Positions 41,590 through 53,657 of a stretch of 53,657 nt of DNA are shown piece after piece. A program made the translations under genes and the position numbers. The stretch spans positions 1,094,054 to 1,147,710 of the forward strand of contig NW_014577069.1 of NCBI RefSeq assembly GCF_000485595.1. Direction: 5' to 3'. This DNA comes from Priapulus caudatus. Taxonomy: Eukaryota. Numbering within the stretch: position 1 is the stretch's first letter; the number at the start of each line of letters is the position of its first letter. The notes beneath the pieces are model-generated. The model was not told where the DNA came from. It worked only from the letters and a program-made list of their open reading frames with translations, and searched no databases.

Positions 41590-44225
41590 CATAGGAAGAT
41601 ATTGACTTTGTTTGTTCATTCTGGCATTCTTCCATCCCATGACATCCACAAAACATGGAACAGGACAGTCTGGCAGCTGAACAACTACATCACATGGTTG
41701 AGCAGGGTCTAGTTGATGAGCATCCACCTCTTATCATCCTTAGAACATCAAGTGGGGCTGGGGATATATCTGGTAGCAGTGGTTCAGGAACCAACATGTT
41801 AGAGGTCTGGTCTCGGTACCATCCATACAATACTGGATCTAATTCGGGTGGATTGGGTTTAAGTAAAGCACGCCAAATTGCAGCTTGGTAGTGAGCTCGA
41901 TACACATGTAGCTCAAAAGCATGTGTGGTTGGCGGCAATGGCTTTAGCTCTGGAGCTGCAGACAGTTTTGGATTAGCCATCTTGGATGACCATACGTTGT
42001 ATCTAATAGTGGACATGTCATGCGCATCCCTCAGCCCATAACAAGCAGCATAGAAATGTATGGCTTCTTCCACAACATCGGGAAGCTCTAGCTGCATCAA
42101 CGACACCAAGGTTGTTTAACTGATGTCCACGGTCTTGGAGTGACTTGTGCCAATCATCAGCAGATTACAACTGAGATCTTTCAGTGCATAGAAATGCAGA
42201 AGAAGCACCATAACATCTGTATCATCTGAAACGACATGCATCATTGCGATGCCTTCTAAACCCAAATAGGTAATTTGTTGGGCAATGATTATGTCTGCCT
42301 CTTTATGTGTGGTCGTCAGGTCTGTCCTGTGTTGGAGAGCTCCATGATGTATCTCCAACGGAGTTGGATCAGGACCAGTCACAACCAGCTTACAACCCTG
42401 GGGAAACATTTCCAGGTTGTCTGTAATATGTATTTGATCGTCAGCTTTATAAACTGAACCTTGTTCTCAGTAACTGTTAATGTTACTTTCTGCGATGGGA
42501 GAGGCGTGTTCAAGTTTAGCTGATGGCGTCGGCTAGCTTCTTTACCGGCCCTTGCTGAGCGAGTGGCATTCTTAATGCTATCGGCATAGTATCGGTCAAA
42601 GATCAAGTAAGTGTCACTGCGCTGTAACAAACCTATAACATAGGCCATCAGGTTCTTGATATAATCCTCAACGGTTCCGCTAGTAGGCCATTGTATCACC
42701 CATAGGACTGCACACCCATCCACAATAACTGCATCTGGAGGCGGACACAAGCGCTCAGAAACTTCCACCTGTAGTTTCTTCTTCAGCACTGACTTTGTCT
42801 TTGTTATTCTCATGTCTCCACTGTCTTCAAACATTGAGGGTGGTACTGCTGCCAGCTCATACAACAGGATGTCTTTAAGGTTGATGTCACGTACCTGCTG
42901 AAGTCCTACGACTCTTGAATAGATCAAGCTAGTATCGTACACTGCTACCTGTCCAATCTTGATCTGCTTTCGTGACACTGACATCAATACAACTTGTTTT
43001 GTTAGTGGCTTATTGAAGCTCTCTGGCCAGTGCAGTTCATATTCATTCATCTGCTTTGTTCCAATGTTGACTGAATCATCAACATTCACATCATCTGGAC
43101 ACAATCTACCGGTGACGACATTAATGAGTCAGGGGCGTAGATAGCGGGGGGGGGGATGGCGGGATGCATCCCCCCTCCCCACTTATTGACGTGGGGGGGA
43201 TGGCGTGTACAATCATCCCCCCTCCCTACAGGAGGAAAATGGGGGATTCAAACTTTTCTGGGGGAGGACCCGCATACTCCCGCCTGTTTCTTACAACCCT
43301 CCTCGAAAACCTGCATTCAATTCTCTCAAAAACGGCCATCTTGAAGGGTCTAAATTGCTAAAATCCAAGCGCTTCCGGGGGCTCCGCCCCCCTGGACCCC
43401 ACCCATTAAGGGCTTTGCGCCAAGGCGCTCGCGGTGTGCGCACATCGCGCACACTCTTCATATACATTGCAATGGAAGTAACAGCGAAATAATCCCCCCC
43501 TCCCACAACTGAGGACCTGTCTACGCCACTGTAATGAGTCCAGGAGGATGACTATCTGGCTGAAGGGGATCAATGCAGGTATTCAACCTATCTTTTAGCT
43601 TTTCTCTGTCTACTCCATCAGACTGTATATTTGATGGCATTTCTTCTTTGTGCTCTGTAACTGCATGTAGTCTGTCGATGGCTCTCTCTCATTTCTGTGA
43701 TATCTTGCACAAGCTGACTGCATATGTGGAGACTAAGTGCCCATCTCTTCAATGTTGATGGCTTCAGGGTAATGCCTATGGGCCGTGACCATAGCGCATG
43801 AACGTAGATTCGGTAAACATATCTGACCAGATACTATTCCATAATACCTGGTTAATGTCTCATAACATGGTTTCCCGTAAGAAAATCTTTCAGAACTGGC
43901 CCTGAAACAGTACCTGAAATTTAAATGAATTTATCTATTCCACCACCACCACCATCACCATCACAATGCTAATTATAGTACACCTCTTATAGTAGATTGT
44001 GATAAATATCAAGTAACATTACTACAAAGGGCAAGTACCGCCACCAAGGAAATAAGCAGACATACTATATATGTTAAAACATGACATATATAGTACAACC
44101 CAGATGGTATCAGTCATGTGTCCAGATAACTTACCTGGCATAATTGAAGTGGCCTGCAGAGAAGAAATATGGTATCATCTGCCGGACAGCCTCCAGATGT
44201 AATGGCCAGTCAGCTTCTCTCTCAG
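41590..44225 (-). pseudogene. Academ transposase / XPG-like nuclease / Cys8 zinc-finger pseudogene
   Basis: Motifs across frames: GHFNYAR|Y, FLTGNHVMRH, SDMFTESTFMRYGHG, VIVDG, FDRY..SIK, HKEAD, VSDDTDV, LPPT..HVYRAHYQAAIW, and CSSTRPCST M* CSC..SCSMFCGC..C. Broken by stops, frameshifts, deletions and a MITE insertion. Confidence 0.85.
43130..43531. mobile_element. hAT-type MITE (402 bp) nested in the Academ ORF
   Basis: TIR CAGGGGCGTAGA / TCTACGCCACTG; perfect 8-bp TSD TAATGAGT at 43122-43129 and 43532-43539. Confidence 0.92.
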
Positions 44226-45294
44226 CCCTAACTTTTTTATTATTTTATTTTTATTTTTAGAACAGTATTATTTTTGGCTAATTTTGTTTTATTTTAGAAT
44301 TAGGGATAGGGTTAGGGTTAGGATTAGGGTTAGGGTTAGGGTTAACTGATTTCTATATCCACAACTTATTTCTATATTCACTATCTCTCCCCGGAGACCT
44401 ACTAGCCATTATTTGCCATAATGTGTGTAATTAACGGCCATTTTGGAAATTTTGTTCTGAAAAATATTGAAAATTATATGTTAGAGCTTATTTATGTGTT
44501 TCAGTTGATATATTGACTAAGAATATGTACGGTTTGCCAAAAAAATTAAGTCTCTATGTGCTTTTTTGGTCGAGTTATAGTGAATATTAGATTTCGAAGT
44601 CGGCCATTTTGTTTTTTTGATTTTATGGATGGAAAATGCTCAAGGATGCCAAGGTGGCATACGATGGATTAGTGTTCAGTAGGGTCCAAGCTACCAGAAT
44701 CTGTAATAAAATGTTGTATGTACTCTAATTCCCACCCATGGCTCAAAACTACATTCTGCCACCAGACTAAAGGGCCCGTGGTCACTCTCACGCACGGCTT
44801 CAGCCCACTCTCTCGAAAAAAATATCGTGAAAATACAACTTTATTCCTCAACAAGGAATGGATTATCTCACCAAACGTGTGATATTTTCAGGCGTGAATA
44901 ATAATAGAGTATTATCTATTATAGATCTATATAGATATATTATTATTCACTCCTAATATTATCACGTCACCTGTCAGCGGAAATCGACACAGGATAACAA
45001 ATAGACGCTCTCAGGGAGAGGGGGGAGCTATCTGGTGGTGACGTCAGAAAACCAGCATTCAGCGTTCGATAAGCGTCTCAGTGAGAGATTTGGGTGATAG
45101 CTCGCTATATATATGCAGGAGCAATCACCTGCCCACGTATCCTGTACACAGTTACTGCCGGCGGGATTAACGGAAGAAGCCATGTAAGAATAGCTCGCGA
45201 TATGTCGAGCCGGCTGCGGCTGGACGCCATTGATCGTCACGTTCGGGTCATCTTGCTTATTAAACCTCGTTAGTGACAGGCGCGGTCTCTATGC

Positions 45295-45480
45295 GCGCCC
45301 ACACAAATACACACATACACACACAATCACAAACACGCGCGCGCACATACACACACGCGCGCACACACAAACACACACACACACACACGCGCGCGCGGGC
45401 GCGCACACACACACGCACACAAACACGCGCGCGCACATACACACACACGCGCGCGCACACACACATACACAAACCCACAC

Positions 45481-45524
<44 letters not shown>

Positions 45525-45710
45525 CCATACACAATACACACACACACCACATACGACACGCACACACGACCAACAACACACACACACGATACACACACAC
45601 ACCATCATACACATCACACACACACCACACACGCATCTAATAATATATATATATATACAGGCAACGCACACACATACACAAACACATACACAAACACATA
45701 CACAAACACG
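45295..45710. repeat. Compound (CA)/(CG) microsatellite
   Basis: Read directly. Confidence 0.9.
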
Positions 45711-45959
45711 TCTTTTCATCTTCGTCTGCATGGTTTTGTGCGCGCATGCCATACATTCAGGTGATGCTTCAGAATATTTGCACGCACAATCCGTGCGGGC
45801 TAGATGCAAGTGAATATAGACGCTTATAACAGGCGCGTGTTTTGTGCGCTATGAAATTATTAATGCGCGTACGATAAAGGTTTTACCAACCGTCTCTCAA
45901 TCGAGTATTACCTTTAATTCAAATATGACAACGACAGTGCTTTCTGAATTCGGTGAAAA

Positions 45960-46180
45960 TAAACAAATGAATGAGCGAATGAACGAACGAAGGAACAAAC
46001 AAACATACAAACCAACGAACGAATGAATAAATAAGTAAATTCATCAATGCATCAATGAACAAACGAACAATCAAATAAACAAACGAAAGCATGAAATGAA
46101 TGAATGAATGAATAAATGAATGAATGAATGAATGAATGAATGAATAAATGAATAAATGAATGAATGAATGAATGAAAGAA
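45960..46180. repeat. (GAAT)n/(GAAC)n microsatellite
   Basis: Read directly. Confidence 0.9.
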
Positions 46181-46701
46181 TGCTTATGAAGTATGCTCAC
46201 CGTTGTTTATGGGTTGTGTTGACATTCATTTTTTTGTCTAGAATACCAATTGCGAATATTCATCATTAATAAATGTATAAATACTGCATAATATATTATG
46301 TCACGAGGAGAAAAATCGACTATACGTGCGCTTGAAAGTTCTGTATCTGTAGGTCGAAATCGATCACAAGCTTCTACGTGAGTCAGCGTTAAAATTCCAG
46401 AACACACATACACAACTGTTTGTATAAACAGCCCGTTTCTTAAAAAACAATTTAATAACGGTGTACTTTTTATTACACCCGTACATCTGTGCGCTGTTGA
46501 ATGTTTACCATAATGAAGTTATACGTCTTTACTTCTCGTACAATCACCTCACATACTCTACACCTAACGGACGGAACGGACGGTTTTATATCGATATGTC
46601 GGTGTGTTTATGATTAGCTTGTTAAGAATTAGATTTAAAGATGATTTCGCAGACAAATGCAAGCACACACACGCGCGCGCGCACACACGCGCGCGCGCGC
46701 G

Positions 46702-46703
<2 letters not shown>

Positions 46704-46742
<39 letters not shown>

Positions 46743-46743
46743 C

Positions 46744-46786
<43 letters not shown>

Positions 46787-46977
46787 CTTCTCTCCCTCTG
46801 GCTATTTCTCTATCTATCTCTCTCTTTCTCCTTCTCTCCCTCTGGCTATTTCTCCCCCTCCCTCGATATCTATCGCTATCTCTCCTCCTCATCTTCCTCT
46901 CTCCTCCTCATCTTCCTCTCTCTCTCTCTCTCTCTCGCTCTCTCTCTCTCTTTCGCTCTCTCTCGCTTTCTCCCGCC

Positions 46978-47010
<33 letters not shown>

Positions 47011-47012
47011 TT
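46704..47012. repeat. (CT)n polypyrimidine tract with a duplicated CTCCTTCTCTCCCTCTGGCTATTTCTC unit
   Basis: Read directly. Confidence 0.9.
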
Positions 47013-47639
47013 CACATACTATCTGTACTATCTATAATTGTACACAAGCATGAGATAATCGTCCTTGTGTCTGTCGCTCTCAAATTTTGTGAAGTTTGCT
47101 AGCGGGACGTCTGTAAACATGTTCGTTCTCTCCTTGATGTGTACGCAACATCCATCACTAGTAGTTTGTCACCATCCACTTCCAACATTGCAAACACTAA
47201 GGTCTAATGCATGCACTTTATTTATAATGATATAGGAGCATGGCCTAACGAACTCTGCATGTTCACCGCACTAGAAAGCCTATCTAAACGCACTGCGATG
47301 ATATTTGATCGTCCGAGCCCTATACGACGTTTGTTAGACCGCAAAAATGGGATTCTATTTACAGGAGCAAGCGCATGATCACTTATAAAACGTGTGAACT
47401 CGTCCCATTACGCACCTGCGTATGCCGGTCAATATTTTGTTAGGTCGTGAAAAATAACATCAAAGCGAGTGAAGCAATCGATTAATTATACTATACTTGA
47501 TAGAGTTTATTTTATATTTATTTCATTAAGTTGGGCGTATTCCGGAATATTACATACCATAAATATATGACATTTGTTCCACTCGTAATTGAATTATTGC
47601 ATTTTTCATTGCATTATACATACCAATAGCGCACATGAA

Positions 47640-48440
47640 CACAAGCACACACATACGCGGATTGACCTACACACGCACACGCACACACACCCACGCACGC
47701 ACGCACGCACGCACACACGCACACACGACACAAAGCCATGGCACATCACACAGTCACACACCACACACACGACACACAGCACATCACACCAACACACCAA
47801 CACAGCCACCACACCACACGACAGCACCACACGTACACAACACACACAGTCACACACACAACACCGCACACACACACAGCACACACACACCAACACTCAC
47901 GCCGCGCACGCGCACGCACGCACGCACGCACGCAGCCACACACCACGCACGACACAGCACACACAGCACACGCACACACAGCACACACAACACACGCACA
48001 CAGCACAACACAACACACAACAACATACCAATACACACATACACACATACACACATACACACATTACACACATACAACACATGCACACACACTACACATG
48101 CACACTGCACACATGCACACATGCACACATGACTACATCACACTTAACTCTACACAACATTACACACATTACACACATACATACAGTACATACATACAAT
48201 AATACATACCATACAGTACCATGCATACTCAGATACCATACATACATACCATACATACATACATACAGTTACATGCATGCTACATGCAGTCATGCATGTA
48301 CATTACATATCATACATACATACATAACATACTAATCACATACATACATACATACATACATACATACATACATACAATACATACAATACATACATACATA
48401 CATCATACATACATACATACATACATAATACATACATGAC
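47640..48440. repeat. Degenerate (CA)n grading into (CATA)n
   Basis: Read directly. Confidence 0.9.
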
Positions 48441-48929
48441 TATACGATACACAGACGCACACTATTTATTTATTTAGTTTTATTTATAATTACTGGTAAT
48501 AGTAAATACTATCTGCACAGCGTGAATTCTAGCCGCAGTAAGAGGATAATCTTAACAAGTTCGCTAGTAATAGGTAAACTAGAAATTACGTTAGATACGG
48601 ATGTATTAAATCGATGCATCCACGGTCGAATCCGGTCCGTTGTCAGGCATTTAAACGTAACTGCATACAGAATGAGGTAGGCGAGTTTCGTTGATCGTCA
48701 GTGTGAGTCGTGCAACAACCTGCTTAGTTTAAGGCATATGGAATTTTCATGATTTTCATACATATATTTATCGAAATTGGGTCTGGTTGTTGTTCGTTGC
48801 GATAGTAAGTGTTTGGTTGCATTGAGCAAGTTCTATCTCGTGTATATGCGTGTATGTAGGTTCTGCCGCATTGACGAAGCTGTTATTACAGGCATCATGC
48901 AGGCAATCATTACTCATAAAATCACGTCT

Positions 48930-49285
48930 ACACACGCAAACACACGCCGCGCGTCCGCGCGACGTTGCAGCTCCAAACGCAACCGCACACGCACCGAGCA
49001 CGCATGGCACACGCACACGCACGACGCAACGCACGACGCACGCAAAAACCACACACAACAAGCACACACACACCACACACAAAACAGCACACAGCACACA
49101 CACAACACACTGACTCACACAGGCACGGCCACGGCAAGCACATCACACACAGCACACATCACACCACACACACACAGCACACACATACATACACACCACA
49201 CACACACACACAACACATACATACACACACACAGTCATCACACGACACACACACACCTATATATATATATATATATATATATATA
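48930..49285. repeat. Degenerate (CA)n plus (TA)n
   Basis: Read directly. Confidence 0.85.
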
Positions 49286-49719
49286 CCCGGCGCTATACCT
49301 GAACATCGCATTTTCCTTTTGACTGTCATTATATAATTGGCGGCGCGTTCCTGCGGAAAAACATTCAGCGAAAAAATCTATAAAAGGAATGTTATGAGAG
49401 CTAGCAAACCATTTCAAACTCATATATTGATCATTTAATCATGTAACACAGTATCCTGATATTACTGAAAGGGAAAGGGAGTTCGGAATTAAAATTACTA
49501 CGAAGGAGAGGGAAGGGTACAGTTATCAACAGGCAGATTTCGGAGCAGAAATTGTAGCCCGAAACAGGTGCTAATGTCCTTTAAGGAGCGGTGGGTGCGG
49601 AATGCTATTTATAACTAGTGCAAGCCAACTTTTTTTTTTCAAATTTGAAGGTTTGTAATAGCAACTGTAGCGTTTTTAACAGGATATACTTTGCTAGCAT
49701 TTCGCGACTCCTGATGTAT

Positions 49720-52700
49720 TAGTCAGAGGCTTATGCACGTATAGAGCTCGAAATCTTGCCAAATTAGTGAAAGACATTTTTAAGGGTCAAATCTGGTTCA
49801 TATGTCGCTCAACTAATGAATTTTTTTAAGAAGCCCAAAAATTTGACCCCGGGAATAAACCGCACCCCCCCCTCCCTATGGGCCCGTAAGACGCCGATAA
49901 CTGTTATTTGCCATATCTTGGTCGATTTGAGCAAAGTTAGAGTTGATTTTGGGGGTTTTTAAACATCAAGAATCGATTGCATGGTTCTGGAACCCTAACA
50001 ATTAATTGATCAAACGTCACGGTGATATCGTTGCTTTTCGGAGTTCAGCTGCCATTCGCGGGCCCGAAAATGGGTTTTCACAGCTATCTCGGGCTATTTT
50101 CTCAAAAAGTTTAAAATTTTTGGTTTTTGAGGTCTAAGGGTTGTTTAGATACTACATGATATCCACTTTCAGACTCCTGGAAATTCGGTTTCACTCTGAA
50201 GTTAGTACACTAGTCAAAAATGCTGGACAGACGCTGACCAGTAGCCGCAATAGCGATCCTGCGTCCACTTGTTAGCATACGTGACACGAGCCGCAACACT
50301 GGACCGCATATCATGCCTGTACATGCTGTGTCAAGTTAAGAGATTGTGGCTGCACTTTCTTGGTGCAGCTGCGCAGAAAGAAAAGGCACCATGACAATTG
50401 TTCTTAGCATTCATATTTGCGATTGAGCTAGCTACTCTGAGGTGTTGGCAGCGAACAGAATGCCAGTCATCAGATCTCGAGGTTTGTGTCTTGCTGCGTC
50501 CGATGTCGATGAAGTGGGTTGGTGTCTGATAGAGTTTTCCACATCCACAGTACATGCTGAAGAGGAGGCTGGGATCTCTGAGTGTAGGGTGGTTGCCCCA
50601 TAAATGTCATAAGGCAATGCATTCTCTAAGATAGCCGCTGCGACGCAAGGCACAAAACACAAACAACGCAAGAAAATTAAATGCAACGGGCTGGTACATT
50701 GATTTCGTAAATCGCGAGGACAAATAATATCTTGCGTAAGGCTGAACTCCTGGCCTGCCTAGAAATTCAACCAATATTTGTCTGCCAATAGAGTGGCTTA
50801 CATTAGCTACAGGTCAAAGGAAGATCACTCCGCTTGCCTTTATACCCGTTCATGTATCCAAACTTGTCGAAAGATTCAACGAGTAAAATTCTTATCAATG
50901 AGGGGCATTACGTCAGAATTGTTTGTAAGACTGATTCCTGCCTATATGCTTTCCCAGAGGTCATTGTGTCGATGATGCAGGAAGCTGTGTTCACAATTGG
51001 GAATGCAACAGTATGACGAGTCTTCGTCGCGAACTAGATCGTCTAGGAAGTGAAGATGTTATCAAATCAAGCAGTAACAAGAGAAACATGCTGAAGCTTC
51101 AAGTCAGTGGCCGATGATGTTTCGGATTTGAAGAAGCCTCGCATCAAGGTCACCCATGGGCAACGTGTTCACACAATTGAGAGATGCTTGGCAGAGAACC
51201 GTAATCAAGCAAGAAGAAACTTTCGAGGGGGAGATAACCGGATAAGCCTGAGGTTTTTATCAAAAAGAATGATCCGCTGCTTATCACAGTTCAAAGGTCA
51301 CAGTTTTGGCTGACGATCATACGAAAACGCGTTACACCAAGTCGCAGCCAAATGTAAAGGTCCGTTGTTGACGCTTTCAAGTGATCATCCGAGCGGCAGA
51401 CTGCAGTCCTGTTCCAGTAGGGTCACACTCTTTCAATGAATTTGTCTCCAGGGTCCCTGTCAGAGCATTGAGATAAACTGCACAGAGTCCACACCTGGCG
51501 CGTCTCGAGATCGATAATTGTAAGCAGACCAGTATAACCCGTTAAGCATGCAAGGAGCCCACCCGCTCGTAAAGGAAGTCAGAAAGGTTCAGCGACAGCG
51601 CGTTAACTTTAGGTGGTGATGCACACTGTCCCCGAAGGATATGTCTATAATCCTTTCTCACAGATGATCAGCACACCAGAGCCGCAGACTTAATGGCACT
51701 AATTGCGGAAAGAGCTGTGGTAACCCATCCTCCTGGTCGCTGGAAGAAGACTTTCTTGTGTCACTAAATGGTCTTGGATATGTTCTAGACAATGCTGGTT
51801 AAAGGCTATATACATGCCAAAGGCATAGGAAACCTATATAAAGGCGGAGCACAGGATGGTGTGGCCGATATGTTAATTGACGATGTTGGCATGTGTTTAT
51901 CGCGACTTGAACTGTACGGACAGTTGATTCGGACGTCCATTGTCATTTTCTTCTCGGGCCTTTGCATGACCCCAGTTCCTCAAGATCGACCCTGACTTTG
52001 AGCTTCATGTTGATTTTAACTGCTGGAAAGAACAGGAACAGAACATTCCAATTCAATGTTTGTTTATGAGTCACTAGGGGAGAACGTCTGCTTAGCCTGC
52101 CCATGTCATTCCCACTGCTTCACTGGCGCCGATTCTAACTGCTCTTCTACAAGCTGACCGCAAGAAGATGTGGTTTTCCATGGAGTAAGTTGCTCGATGA
52201 GGGATGAACTGAGCAGAGGCAGTTAAACGACTAGGCTGGTAACCCAGCAGAAGCAAGTATTCTCAGGCACCGCAGAAACAGATACTTGTAGATTTGTGTG
52301 CTATGCTATAACTCCAAAGAGGCTGTGGTACCAAGATCTCAATGAAACTGCGGTCTCAATGTCCAGGCCCTCGAGTTCTGATGAGTTAAGGGACCTCGCA
52401 CCCTTTATGGATATTCCTTCAGACTGGCAGTAGCGTCGCAGCGACACTATCAGGCAGGATGGGGTTGGGGTACACACCCTCACTCAGGATCCCCAGCCCT
52501 CCTCTTGAGAATGTGGTTGGATAGAAACTCTATGCAGACGCGATTCACATTCAAATGGACCACCAGGAGGCGCAAGCAAGAAGCGCAAACCTCGAGATCG
52601 TGACTCAGTTGGCCAGTCCATCGCAATGCGCTAATAACATGTCGCATGTGCCTTTCTTTCTGCACTTGCCCCAGAATAGGTGCAACAAATCTCTAATTGA

Positions 52701-53290
52701 CAGCATGTACAGCGATGATATGCCAGTCAGTGTGGGCTCTGTATGTAACAAGTGATCGAGGACGGAAGTGCGGACTGTCAGGTCTGGCCAGATTTTGACT
52801 ACGTGTACTACTACCAAGTGAAACCGAATTTCCAGGAGGTCTGAAAGTGTATCATGTGTATCTAATAAATGTTCTTTGACCTCAAACAGCCCCAAATTGA
52901 ACTCTAACTTTTTGAGAATAGCCGAGATATGTGAAAACCCATTTTCGGGGCTTGCGCGGTGAATCCTCGAAGGAACGATATCTCGTGACGCTATGGACTC
53001 GAATTTTTGTTCCAAATTACGCCCCATGATTCTCTTGAGTGGTTAAAACGCCCTAAGTCTGACTCTAACTACTTGTTCAAATCGACCAAAGAAGGGCAAG
53101 GATATTGGCATAATCAGTTTCAGGGTCCCTATACCGGGGCCCATAGGGGGGGGGGTGTTTTCCGGGTGTGAATTTTTGGGCTACCTCAAAAAAATTCTTT
53201 AGTTGAGAACATATTGAACCCACAGATTTGCTAAACCAAAAATGTCTTTAATAATTTGGCAGATAAATGTGCATGAAGGCCTCCGGACTA
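49720..53290 (+). mobile_element. Second, unrelated Academ-type DNA transposon (heavily frameshifted)
   Basis: Termini TAGTCAGAGGC...GCCTCCGGACTA; 3-bp TSD TAT (49717-49719 and 53291-53293); diverged ~530-bp TIRs (e.g. CTTTCAGACTCCTGGAAATTCGGTTTCACT at ~50167 vs AGTGAAACCGAATTTCCAGGAGGTCTGAAAG at ~52817). Plus-strand motif remnants RTVDSDV (~51917), HCFTGADS (~52113), HYQA (~52445) and a Cys cluster (~52660-52750). Confidence 0.78.
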
Positions 53291-53379
53291 TATATGCATA
53301 TGGAATTACATGTACAGCACTTGTATATCAATACAACAAAAACAAATCTTGGTGATTTCTATCCCAAGTCTCATACCAA

Positions 53380-53657
53380 ATACATACAGTCATACATACT
53401 AATTAACATATACATACTATTACTACATACATACATACATACATCATAGCATACTCATCACATACATTACATACATAGAGTACAACAATAATACATACAT
53501 ACAGTAATACATACATACATACAGTATACATACATACATACATACATACATACATACAGTAATAATACATAACATACATACATTATACATCGAGTACAAT
53601 ACCATACAGTGGACATTAAGATTTACATACATACAGTACGTAGACATACATATCAGT
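53380..53657. repeat. Degenerate (CATA)n microsatellite
   Basis: Read directly. Confidence 0.9.

Larger units (their letters stand above)
40531..44769 (-). mobile_element. Academ DNA transposon (internally deleted, defective)
   Basis: Termini TAGTCTGG...CCAGACTA; 3-bp TSD AAG (40528-40530 and 44770-44772); ~510-bp TIRs (40531-~41045 and ~44245-44769). Minus-strand remnants of transposase, XPG/PIN-like nuclease and Cys-rich domains. Confidence 0.88.

Noticed and set aside
45028..45240. Minus ORF containing MASSVNP, weakly like the calbindin EF1-EF2 linker
   Set aside because: No EF-hand loop or LDxFL helix; similarity too short to be meaningful.
50331..53027. Scattered 60-140-aa ORFs as host genes
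   Set aside because: They lie inside the second Academ element or its TIR.

Overview
Eukaryotic (invertebrate animal-like) genomic DNA, rich in microsatellites, with several N gaps. It holds two spliced protein-coding genes arranged tail-to-tail; the ORF track catches only fragments of them. (1) On the + strand, a class B1 (secretin-family) GPCR of the parathyroid hormone receptor-like type: 12 frame-consistent GT-AG exons from 7785 to 25966, about 510 codons, ending in a PDZ-type motif (ESCV*). Its first (signal-peptide) exon is not securely identified. (2) On the - strand, a calbindin-32/Cbp53E-like EF-hand protein: 8 exons from 37509 to 30414, 223 aa covering EF2-EF6; the N-terminal exons were not found. 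Introns and flanks contain many DNA transposons: two decayed Academ elements (TAG...CTA ends, ~500-bp TIRs, 3-bp TSDs), the first carrying telomere-like repeats in its TIRs, a spliceosomal intron and a nested hAT MITE; a 1.44-kb foldback palindrome; two non-autonomous Helentron/HINE elements; Kolobok- and pogo-like MITEs; and a set of tiny hairpins. Family assignments come from recalled motifs, not database searches. I found no clearly novel system; the most interesting leads are the receptor-calbindin pairing, the intact EF6 loop and the Academ features.
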